This document shows, one piece after another, positions 23,201 to 35,200 of a DNA stretch of 64,000 nucleotides (positions are counted from its first letter, which is position 1; every line of letters begins with the position of its first letter). A model generated the notes under the pieces. It was not told the DNA's origin, ran no database searches, and saw nothing but the letters and a program-made list of their open reading frames with translations. The stretch is taken from contig CM052817.1 in assembly GCA_028534125.1 (NCBI GenBank), forward strand, positions 374,001 to 438,000, read 5' to 3'. Source of the stretch: Lama glama (Eukaryota). A program made the position numbers and the translations under genes.

Positions 23201-26200
23201 CCCCACCAGCACCCTACGAACTTCGACCCGAGGTGTTTGCTTTCATGCAGTTCAAGACGTTTCCTGCTGCTACTTGCGATTTCTCCTTTGGTCCGTAAGC
23301 TGGTCGTAACTGTGCTGCTTCATTTCCAAACAACCTTTTTACTCTCACTTCCCTTGTTGCTGGTTTACAGTTTAATCCCACTGTGGTCCCAAACGCACTC
23401 CGCATGATGAGACTCCTCTCAGGCGCCCCCAGCGCAGGGCCTGCCCTGGAGCGCGCCCACCTGCCCGTGGGAGGCCACTCTGCTGCTGGCGGATGTCAGG
23501 TTTGCCGGCGCGCAGCCTCCCGTCTCCTTGCTTGCCTGGTTGTTCCTTCAATCACTGACAGCGGGCTACTGAAGTGTTCAAACTACAAAGCGTTGAGTGA
23601 ACCATTTCTCTCTTTTTAATTGTCAGTTTTGGCCTCAAGTACCCGGGGGCTTTCTTGCCTTGGGCTTCCGACCAATGACGGACATGAAACGCCTGGAATC
23701 GTGACATCACGGAAAGAGGACCTTTCCTGTAGTGTGGGCGCCACCCACACCCGAGCTAAGAGGGTCTTGTGAGGTCAGACACTAGGAGGGGGGACAGCAT
23801 GTCCCCCAGACCCGGGTCCCAACGTGAAACCCAACTGCCTGGAAACTCTAAGGCCACGCACGCGGCAGGGACAGCGGGCACTGAGGGCATCTCGCCCGGC
23901 CCCACGAGGCCCCCAGCAGAGTGAGCACATGCAGGAGGAAGGCCACCTCAGACCCTGGGGACAAGCCACCAGGGAGTGGGCAGGACTGAGGACGAGGGTC
24001 AGGAGCCCTCACCCATGTGTGGGAGGTGCTCAACCCACCGGCACAAGCCCCCAGTTCCGTGAATGTGGGACCTGGTGATGGCGCTCAGTGGCGGGGGCGG
24101 GGAGGACGGAAGGACAGGCCCTGGACTGCAGGGGAGGATGTGGGCAGTGGGCAGGGCGATGAAGGTGAGGAGCCAAGGCAAGAAGCCAGCACCCACGGTG
24201 GGGGAGGGGCGGGCAGGGGGCAGGGGCCTGCGGCAGGCGCTCCAGCGCAGGAAGTCAGCCCGCCCAGGTGTTCTGGCGGGAGGGTGGCACCAACAGGCCA
24301 CAGACAGACCTGCACAGAAACCTGCACAAGAGGAAGTTACCATAACCCTGGCTCTAACAAGAAGGAAGATGAATCCAAGGAGGGAGATGCAAGCAGTCAC
24401 TCAGGACAGCGAACAGAAGAGCCGAGGGCTGAGAACCCCAAATGTGAACACTTCCACGACGACCTGGCCTGGCTGTCTGGTGAGGTGGGGACGGGAGGTG
24501 GGAACAGGGCTTGAGCCGCAGAGCCTCGTGCCTGGGGGGTGGTGGGCAGAGACATCAGGGGAAGGGGCACCCATCAGCCACTCTGGCGATTTCCAAACCG
24601 GGTGCTGGGATTCCTGCTCACAGGGAAGACTTGGGCTCTGAGGGTGGCGTGCATCGAGCCGTCAGGTGGGGCCCATGTGGTCCCCACGAACCCGAACTTG
24701 GACTTCGCTGCAGGAGGCCCCTCACTGGGCTCTGGCGCCCTCCAGTGCATGTGGACAGAGGTCAAGTGGCATCACCCCACTTACCCATGCGTCCGTCTCG
24801 AGGCGGACTGATCACGGAGATCCTTGCAGGGCCGGCCGTGGCCTCGGGCTATGGTGTGAAAAAGAGAACAGTGTCCCAGAGCTGTCACTTGTGTGCAAAG
24901 TCCCATCGTCTTCCCAGACACAGCTCGCGTCCCGCCTGCCTGGGAGCCGCTGTCTGGCCCGGACGTGGCCGGGAGGGCAGGACTGCTTTGCTCCCCAGCC
25001 CGGAGGGCCCGTGTAGGGAGGGGAGAGGACTCCCCTGGGGTTTTGACAGATCCCAGAAGGAAAAAGCAGTGCGTTCTCGACCGACACCAGGAGTTCTGAA
25101 ACCCTCAGGTCGCCCTGACGCCACGGGGCACTGGGCTCGCTCCTCGCCAAGCCCTCAGCCTGGACACTTCTCTCCCTGGGAGTGGGGCCAGGGGGGCCGG
25201 GGGGCACAGCTACTGTCCGCCTATTCCCACAGCCCATCCTGGCCCGCTCCTGTGGCCCCAGGTGGGCCACCACCCCACCCGACCTGTGCCCCTGCTGGGG
25301 TCTCAGGCCACCCTCCCACTCTGTGCCCCCACACAACGGTGCTGAGCCCCCTTGTCAAGGGGCCTCCCTCCAGCTCCCCGACTCCTGTTCCAGCGCACCC
25401 TCTGCCCTGACCCCGGCCCTGCCCGCTGGCAAGACTCCACGCTCGAAGGGACCAGCCCCCACTGCAGACGCTTTGCAAATGGACTGCGGCGCCCAGCAGG
25501 CCAGTGCCCACTCCCCAGATCCCCTCCCTGGAGACAACCAACCACCCCGCCTGCCCCTGGTGTGGCTCCATCGTGGCCCAGTGCGAATGGAGCCCGATCT
25601 CACAGCCCCTCCAGCTGCTGGTCTGTTTCCCGCTGCTTTCAGAACCTGCTCGGCACCTCCTGGGCCCCCAGTGCCCCTCAGCCTCGTGGTCCCCCATGAC
25701 CTCCACCCCTGCCCGTTCTGCCCAGCTGGCCACCTGTCCAGCTCAGGCCAGCTCTGACCAGCCGATCCGCGCTGAAACTCCAACAGAGAAGAGTCATCAT
25801 CACACAGTGAGGACGAAAATCACGTTGGATTAGAATCCAGCCAATTGTCTCTTCTTACCCGGGCTTCTGATAAGGAAGAGCTTTACTTCTTGGGTCAGTT
25901 CTCGCTCGAGTCCTCTTTTGGGGGGAGAAGCCAGGAACAGGTGAGACAGAAGGGATTTAAAGGTACAGGTGCCCAAAGAGGTGGCTGCACACGGAAGTGG
26001 GCCTGTCTGGAGCAGGGCACTGGCGTGGCTGTGCAGGACCAGCAGATGAGATGCTGCGGTGGCAGCCTCAGTCCACGAAGGCGTGACTCCTTCCCCTCCG
26101 GCCTCTCTAGACGGTGGTGGAGTCCTGACTTGCTATTCAAGTCAGTTCACTGCATCTGGTCCTATAGCTGCAATTTCCAGTGTGACACCCAGGCACGTGC

Positions 26201-29200
26201 CTTCACTTAGCCAGTCAGTCTCGGACCTCTGAAATGAGGCCACGTGTGGCCCGAGGATCACGGTCCAGTTTCTGGGGGCAAGGTGGGCAGGCAGGGACTC
26301 GTGAGCTGGAAGGAGGGCTTCTTCAAGAGCTGCCACGGCCTGCAGTGGGGGGCAGACACCCAGGCAGGGAGGAGGCGCGCTCACAGCCCCCTCCCGGCAG
26401 AGCGTCTGGGAGCGTGGCCGACACGGCGGGATGGGAGGTGTGGGGAGGTGGCCAGCGGGGCTCAGCATCCCCGCCGTCTCGCCCTGGCCTCCAGGCTCCT
26501 CCAAACCCGCCTTCAGACAGTTCCCCGGAAATAAGCAGTTTCTCACCAACCGGCCGACACGCTGGCGTCCACCTACAGGCTGCCAGGGCCCCCGGCTCTC
26601 GTTTCCAAGGTGCTCCCGGCAGTGGCAGGCTGGCTCCGGGCGGAGCTCAGTCCAGGCCAGCAGCGAGAGGAAGGCACTCCGAGGCACTGGTGGCCGCAAG
26701 GCCGCGCCTGAGCCCGCCCCCGCCCCCTCCGGCTGTCGGGCCCAGCCTTGAGCTGACGGGGAGCTGGCTGGAGCTGGCGATGATGCTTCAGTCCCGGCCA
26801 CGTCCCTTGTGAAGCCGAGCGCCGCACCTCTCTGCCTGGGCTGACGGCATCAGCCGGGTTCTGCCACCTCCCTCAGGGCAGCCACTCTCCCCACGCCAGC
26901 TGGGCAGGGGCACACACGCTTGCCAGGGCCCAGCCTGTACCCCACGTCCCACGGCGCCCACCCCGGCCCAGTATGCAATGAGGACACCGTTCACAATGGT
27001 CATCAGGGCTGAGAAGCCTGAAGACTCCAAGCAGACAGGGCACAAGTGCACAGAGGCGGGCAGGTGTACTTACCTTTCTCCTTGGGGAGGGGGCGAGGTC
27101 GACTTCCATGGACTCCACCCTGCTAGAGAGTGAGAGGTGGTCAGGGGCCTGGGGCTGGCGACCAGGATGTGATGCAGAGGCACACACCACCCTGTAGGCC
27201 GCCCCCCTTCCTTCACGCTATTGGCTCAGCGTCCCAGTGCCACCTACATGGGGCCCGAGGTCTGAGAGACGGGCCGCACACCCTCCCACAGGGCACGGAG
27301 CCCTCCTCCTCCGGCCCCGCCCTCCCCTCCTTGCCACCGCTCCCCCCGGAAGGCCCCTCCTCTGGCCACCAGCACCTGCTCCTGCCAGACCTCCCAGGAG
27401 CAGGAGTATCGCCTTCCACCCACACCTACTGCGCGGCCCCCACGTCCACACAGGCTTGATCAACGCTAGTTCCTTAGCAGAGTCAGCCCAGGGGCTGACA
27501 GGACACACGGCTGGATGCCACCAAGAGAGAGCTGGGCGGGGAGAGGACCTCGTCCAGTTCCTTCCTGAGCTTGCGGACACAGGGCTGCTGGAAAGAGCCG
27601 GGGGGCGGAGGCAAGCCAGCGGGGTCTCCGCAACCCCCACACCTCCTGCACTCCAGGCGGACTCAGCTCCAATCTTCCAAGAGAAAGACCCAGCCAGGGC
27701 AGGTCAGGTCCTCCATGGTGCCACTAGCCCAGCCCACCACTCTCGACCTGCCTCCTCAGTGTTGGATTCGCTTCTAACCACCTCCTCCACCAGCTGGCCC
27801 AGCCAGGGTCACACAACCACCCTCAGCCTCTCATACGGCCAGGACCAGTGTTGTGACTGGCTGGCCTGGGCCGCACACCTGACTGTGGGACCTGTGGCTG
27901 AGCAGAGGGAGGGGAACGTGGCTGAGCCCTACGCCTAATACTGCTAAGCACCTGGGGCTAGAGGGCGGAGGGCTGGGGACGTAGGGGGCCACAGGGAGGA
28001 CTGGGCCGCTGACAGATGTGGTCCAGGACGCCCCACACACCTCTGAGAGGCCGAGGAATCAGGTGGCAGGAACACAGGCCCGCTGGGCTTTGCAGTGGGA
28101 GCTGTGAGGAGAACCCAGAGTTGGTGACCTGGTGCCACTAGGCACCGGCCTCTCCACCCTCGCTTCTGGACGTCACTTTACTTACTCGAAACTGGAGTTT
28201 TTATTGTGCCAAAAGCTGTTTGTTGGGCCAATCTCACGCTAGACAGACAAAGAAAAGGTGTTAATTAAGCCACACACGTCCACCACCAGTAAGTAGTTCC
28301 TCCTGATCTGAAATGAAGACTGCAACAGCCAACGCTCTCCCTGGTGCTGCCCTTGCCCCAGCCCCATTTACCTGTACACACACGGCGCCGCCCCTCGGGG
28401 CCCCTGAGGACAAGCGCTGGGCATGGCGGCTCCCCCGGCCTACGACAGCGCTGACACCACAGCTGGTGCTCAGTGAAGGCTGGCGGGAGGGCGGTGCCTG
28501 GCTCCCAGAGGGCACTCGCTCTGCTTCCAAACCTCTTGGGGGACAAACCTTGTGCCATGCTGGGCACGTAGGGAGAGTGAGTGTCCGACCGACCCACACT
28601 GAGCGGTAACAAAGCCACACCACGCGGTGCTGGGGTGGGGCAGAAACAGCAGGTGTGGCTCGGGGCAAGCGGAGGCGCGGGTCCTCCCTGGAGGAAGAGA
28701 CAGGCCACATGGAGCACAGGGCGGGCCCAGCACAGAAAGGCTCCATCTGGAGCCTGAGGGACCTGGGCAGGAAAAAACCTGCCTGTGAGACTCCGTAGGA
28801 AAGGCGGAGACGCAGGCCTGGATGGCAGGAACTGCAGGGGTAAAAAGAAGACATGGCTGCAGCTCAGAGTCCCACGTACCAGCCATGTCTCCTGCTCTGG
28901 AAGCTGGTGCTGGGGCCAGGCGGCGTTCTGGAACAAGGTGAGCTGCGTCGTCTTTAAAGTCTGGGCAGTCACGCTTATCCCAGGGCTTTCAAATGCAGCC
29001 CAAAGGTGAGTCCCAGGGAGCAGAAGCGTTCCCCGCAGCAGTCGGGGAGGAGAGAACGCTGAGATAGCGCCCACCAGGGCAGCTCGACGTGGCCCGCGAA
29101 GGGGCCGACACCTGCCGGGGCGCTCGGGGTCTATTCCGGGGGCGTTCCTCCTGAGAGAAGGGTCAAATTCCTAGCGTCCCCTAACCCAGGGCGCCCCTGA

Positions 29201-32200
29201 GGAAGAGAAGCTGAACCGGCACAGAGGCCGTAAAGCAAAGCAGAGTTGGGGACTCACCCACGGGCGGCTCAGCCAGTCTGGCGGCAAGAAAGCACAGAGG
29301 GGCCCCAGGGGGTTGGGCCAGAGAGCCAAGGAGAGTCTCAAGGGCCAGAGCTGGAGGAAGGGGGAGTAAGAACCGGGTTGAGATGAAGTGGGTTCGGGCG
29401 CAGTGCACTGCTTGCGGGGAGGACTTCCCAGCACTTTTCCCACCGGACCGGCCTCTCCCTTTCACACGTTTGGGCGTGACCAGGAGACAGGGCCCTGATG
29501 TCTCCAGGCACCGGCTGATCAGTCCTTCTGTGTACCTTCCCCGACGCGGGGACCCTGGAGTGGGATATGCAGTAGCCAGGAGTAGAGGGCAGAGGTATTC
29601 AGAGAAGGCAGGCACTTCCCAGGTACGTTCACCCCGGAGGGCCAGGGTCACTCCTGTCTGTCAGACCGAGTTCCAGAGTCCGCTGAGAGTGGCCCAGCCC
29701 CGGCAAGATGCAGGGTAAGCCCTGAACACCAGGGAAGGCAGAAGGAGAAGGAGGAAGCCTGCCACGGAGACCTGGCCACCTGAACGGAGCTTCCCATCAA
29801 GCCAGGGGGAGACCCCCATAGGGAGGGCTGAGAGGAGAGAAAGGGAGATGTGCCCGCAGGGCTCCCCTACTCTGGGGTCCCCATACGGGCCACCAAGTGT
29901 TGGGGGACAAGGAGGGCCGGTATCGTGGGTGGTAAAAGATTTTACCAAAGATAAAGAATGAAAATAGAAAAGGCCTTTACTAGGGTTTACTGCCACAGGC
30001 AACAGTGGGCCACAGAGAGGTGCCCCTCTGAGCCCTGAGGGCTGGGTGTCGGGTCTTGTGTCAGGCCAGGTCACAAGGTGGCTGACCGGCTTGTGCACTT
30101 GGCTCTGGTTGGCTGCAGCTGAGGTAAGAGGCTCAGGGTCTGTGAAGGGTGGTGGGACTTGACTCTGACGAGGTGGACATTCCCTGGGGCTGTTAATTTG
30201 TCAGGGGATTGCAGGCAGTCTGAGAGCCCAGGAATGGGGGTCGTTGGACCCTGAAGGACCCAGTGGGTTCCAAAGAAACCATCAGGGATGTGCTGGAAAT
30301 GCGAAGCAGAGCAGACAGACTGACAAATGGGCCAGGGCAGGACGCACCACTGTAGCTGTGGGACAGAGTGCAGATGCCATGAGGCACCGAGGCCCAAAGG
30401 GGAGGTCCACCAGGGGTAGACACCAGGTACAGACAAAACCGCAGCAGGAGACTGGAGAAAGGTAAGGCTAGGAAAAGCAGTGCCTGGGGTTTTCCAGAAT
30501 CAAGGACACGATTCCACAGAAAGAAAGCAAACTGCACAGACCCCGGAAGGACAGACCCACGTGGCCGGCCGGGAGCTCGGGGTACGCGCTGTCCCCCGAC
30601 GGCGTCCAGCCTCACCCAGCACACACGGCCTGGCCGTCCCGGCTTCCACAACCCTCCAATGAAGTGGCAGCCTCTCTGACTGGGGCGAAGGGGCCGCAGC
30701 CCGGCCTCTGCCCAATGGCCCCGAACACACCTCTGCAGGTAGCACCCGCCATCACCCCAACCATGACAGCTGGCAGAGGCCCTTCCTCCCCACACGGCCC
30801 AGTGAGCGGCCCAGCTCTGTCCAGCTCTGTCTCCAGCCTGAGGTCCCCGGTGGCCGTACCGTGCTCAGTGCAGATGCGACAGGGAGGTGAGCATCCAGGC
30901 ACTGGGGCGGGGAGGGGGTGTTGTGTCACCGCCGGGGAGACAGCAGCCTGTCGGGTAACACACTGCCCACCCGCCGACCTGTTGGTATTCACCACATCAA
31001 AACATACTGGCGGAGCGCAGCCTGTCACCTAGGCGGTGCGGCACTGAGCCCCTGGGGCCGAGCACTGTCGCACTCCCCTCGTCTGTCCGTGCAGCAGGGC
31101 TGCAGGTGGGACCAGGCCTGGTGGCAGAGCCCCTCCCCCTGCAGGAGGGTGGCGCCGACTCTCTTCCCGGAACCCCCTATCACCCCAGGAATCACAGGGG
31201 GCCCGGGAGGACCCATTCATATTTTCAAATTTTTCTTTTCAGTCTCTTTCCTCCCCTCCAGCTTCCTGCTGCATTTGTGGGATAACAGAGTTTCTCGTAA
31301 ACAGAGGTGCTCTTTCTCTCGCTCCCTGGGTCACGACCAAGACCTGAGACGGACGTGGATGGACAACCAGTCGGGGTGGCAGGCACCCCGCCCGCCACGT
31401 GCACTGAGAACTGACCTTTGCAGCTGCTCTAGCTGCAGCGCCGACTTCCTGAGGGACTCCTCCAAGCTGGAAATCTAGACACAACGGAACAACTTCCTGT
31501 CACTGCAGAGCCCGCGCCCAGCAGCAGCAGAAAGCACAAGCGGACCCTCAACTCCCTAACCCAGGAGTCGCTGACGTGGGGGTCTCTCCTGTGCTATTCC
31601 TGAGGGAGCCTGCACCTGGCGCCCAGAAAGCCAGGGCCAGGAGCCCGTCGGGGCAGCGGGGAGCCCCGGCAGGAGGCTCTAATCCGGGGCACAGCTGGAG
31701 CTCCAGGTTAATGCCGTTTCCACGGGAGCTGCACGTGCCCTCTGTCGGGTTTAGACATCAAGTGAGGAGGACACTTTCGGGGCAAGCGGTGGGCACTGAG
31801 CTTCCTTTCACTTCGCGGTCACGCTTGTGAAAAAGCACCAAATGAATCCGGGGTCATGACGGGCCTGTCCCGACATCCCACGGTGACACCGAGCCCATGG
31901 CTGGGTCCCCGGGCGGCCGCAAGGCCAAACTCCACAGGGATGATGCCCCAGGCGGAGGGCCAGCAGGACAGGTGCCAGCCCGCTGCCCACAGCGTCCCGA
32001 GGCAGGTCAACTGGACTTACCTTTTCTCCATAGAAGGCCAGCAGTCTCCTTCTGTGCTTTTCCTGAAATTCTGAAACCTGAGAAGACAGCACGTCACTGC
32101 CGACACTGGCACGTGGTGGCCGCCACAGAGGTGAGGGGGCTTCTGTGCAAGTCACGGCACCTCTCCAGACACGTGCCCCAGCCCACCCGGGGGCAGGTGC

Positions 32201-35200
32201 CCATGGGGCCCCGGGAGGTGCATGGCTACAGCCGGGCCCCCGCTCAAGTGCGGGTTCCATGGGGCTTCAGTGGTGCTCAGAGCCCCGGCCACAGGATGGG
32301 ACATGACCCACATGGGTCAGTCACAGTGCACCGTCCCTTAGTCAGCAGGGACTGGTTCACGAGATGGCCTCCTGACTGGACAGTGCCAACCAGGACCTCT
32401 GTGACCTGCTACACGGACTGGGGGTGCGCTGGGCAGGAAGGGGCAGTTTAGGGGCTGTGAGATTCCGGGAGCCCAGCGACGTGCTCTGGACACCCAGGGC
32501 CAGCTGTGCCTGGAACCAGAACCATTCCCGGTCCTCCGTTTGCATGCGCCCCAAGCACCACGTCCGCGGTGCGCAGAGTTGGGACTGGGTTCCTGAGGGT
32601 GCCAGTGCGAGACAGAAAATAGATGCCTATGACTCACTCGCGAGGAGAAAGAGCCCAAGTGTTTGGACGACGGGCCCTGCCCTCTGGAAACACTGAACTG
32701 CAATTGCTCAAGCCCAGTTCCCACCGCTGTCTGTGCACAGTGGAGGCACGGCAGGGCTGAGCGCTGGGCAAACTGGGGTCTGAATCTATGTCACTCCTCC
32801 CCAGGAACCCACTAATACACGCACAAACGTTGAGGGATCTCAGCATTTTCCGTGGGTCTTACTGGTCTGGCACAAACTGAGGGAGAAAACCCCTCTGTGG
32901 GAGGCTGGCCCAGCCCACAGCGGATCTTCAGAGCTCTTCTATGGTCTGGCTGCTTCCAGAAGGCGGGGCTGTGGTCAGGAGGGACAGGCTCCCTCCTCAG
33001 GGCCTCCCAACCTCCTAGCTCCTGCATCCTTCGAGGGACAGAGCTCTTGGGGTCAGGGTACACGGTATGGGAGGACATAGGCTCTGCCAGGAACATCGGC
33101 CTGTGGGGGGTAACACAAGGGCCCCTAGGGCTGCCCCTGCAGAAGTCCCTACAATGCGTGAGGCCCCATCCCAGGGGGCCCTGACCGCGTCGACGGTGCT
33201 CAGGTCCCCTGTACCCAGGCCAGAGCCTCAGCTGGCAGACACCCGGGGCCTCCCTTCGGGCCTGGTGTGGCCCTCTTCCTCCCCCCACCTCACATAGTAT
33301 AGGGCAGCGAGGCAGGGCTGTCTGGTTCTAGACACAAAGCCGGGAGGGGTTTGGACAGAGCTAAAGCCAGCATCCCCAGTCACCTGCAAAAGGCAAGGTG
33401 ACAAATGGCTCTGTCCCAGTGGAGATGGCACAGGAGACAGAGACCCTCGCTGACCACACGACCACAGGTCTGAGAGTGGCCTGGTCTCCTCTGAGACCAT
33501 TTCCTGGTGTCAGCACAAACCAAGTCTCCAAGGGAGCATCATGACTCACCTGGGAGGTCTCCATGGAGTACTTCCTACACAGGCCGTCGATGCCCAGAAA
33601 GAGCGCCCGGATGTCGGAGTCTGTCTGAGAGAGAAAGGCTGCTTCTACCTTCCCTACCCTGAGGGAGGGCCACGAGGTCCAGGGGGCCACGGGGTAGAGG
33701 GTCGGCCAGCAGGGTGCCAGGGAGGGGCCCGGCAGCCGGCAAGCCCTCTGGCCACCAGTCCCATCTCTGTGTGAGACACGCCCTGGCCTGGAAGGGCTCT
33801 AGCAGCAAAGGGTGGGGCTGAGCAGAAGGAACAGTGAAATCAGAGGAGGGAAGAGCAGTGGGCATGACTGCTAACTGCTCACAAACCAGAGGGGAAAGGA
33901 GAGTTTAAGAAACAGCGCCTGCCCACGGGGACTCCTTGTGCAGATGTGTCTGCCCAACCCCAGGCCCTCCACCCCGTGGCCATGTCAACACAGAAGCCCA
34001 GCCGATAGCTGTCCCAAGGCACATGGAACACAGAAGTGCCTGGGCCAGGACACACCAGACCGAGAGGACCAGGGGCCTCGGGCCCTCCCCGGTCTGGAAC
34101 AAGTTTGAGGATGGCTATCTGGGCCCAGCCATGGACTGACTTACGCTCCTGTCTCTCCTGCAATGACAGGAAAACTACATTTAGGGGAAAACCAGATCAG
34201 CGCTGAAAACTAGGAAGTGCGTCTGGAAGGGCCAGGGCCCTGAGGGGCTTCTGGAGGACCCTGCAGAGGGGCTGGCGCAGGTGCAGTGGCTCTAGGACCC
34301 ACGGCCCAGCCCTGGAGGTGGGGCCAAGAGCAGCCGAGGCACACGTGAGCCAAGACCCCGGACATCACCCTATGCCTCTAGCCCCCACCTTTTGAGGGAA
34401 GCAAGACAGAAACGTGAGCAGTACCAGCTGGGCCCTGGGGAGTGCAGACCAGACTGTGACAGAAAACCTGGCCCGACTCGGAGCCACCCCCCCCTCCCAG
34501 ACAGGAAGGGAAGCAAGGGTGCTGTTGCTGACCCATCAGGGCGCAGGGCCTTCCTGGGGGAGAATTCACACGGAGACCCTGAAAGGGACAAACGGGGTGG
34601 CTGCCTTCCACAGCACGGGGACCCCGACAGAAAGCCCTGCTTTCCCACTTGTAGGGATCTACGCTCTAGAAACGTTCTCCCAAGCATGCAGAACTGTGGT
34701 AAAAACGTGCACTGCACGGCTGTCTCACACAGCATAACACTGAAAAACCCAAAGGTTTTCCCATAGGAGAACAGCGTGATATGACGCAGTCGTTTGCAGA
34801 GAACTTGAGAGCTCCACTGGGACAAAGGGCACTGGTGCGCCCAGGGGAGGGTCCGCAGTCCTGGCTGCGGTCATCCTCGGAAGCAGGGTTTGGCCGACTT
34901 TCACATTCTCTGTTACAGTTTTCTACTATGTTTGAGTTTTGTGTGATTTTGCATTGTATTTGTAATTAGAAAAAGCCCAATTTTTACATTGAACATCAGA
35001 CCAAATATACATTTTAGAACCTAAGTGTGAAAGAATCAACTTTACCAACTTTCTTGGACCCTCTTAACCAGAAATGACCCCAGGAGAGCCAGGCCCACCA
35101 CCTCTCAAGGAGCCTGTGTCGTCCAGAGGAGACCTGTTCCCAAGAACACGCGGCTCCCACTGGCCATCTCTGGTTTCAGGGAGAGCTGTGTGGGGTGTTC

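Noticed and set aside
28640..28850. Possible env cytoplasmic tail remnant (LRLQMEP) and 3' LTR of the ERV
   Set aside because: Similarity too weak; no second LTR copy or clear polypurine tract found
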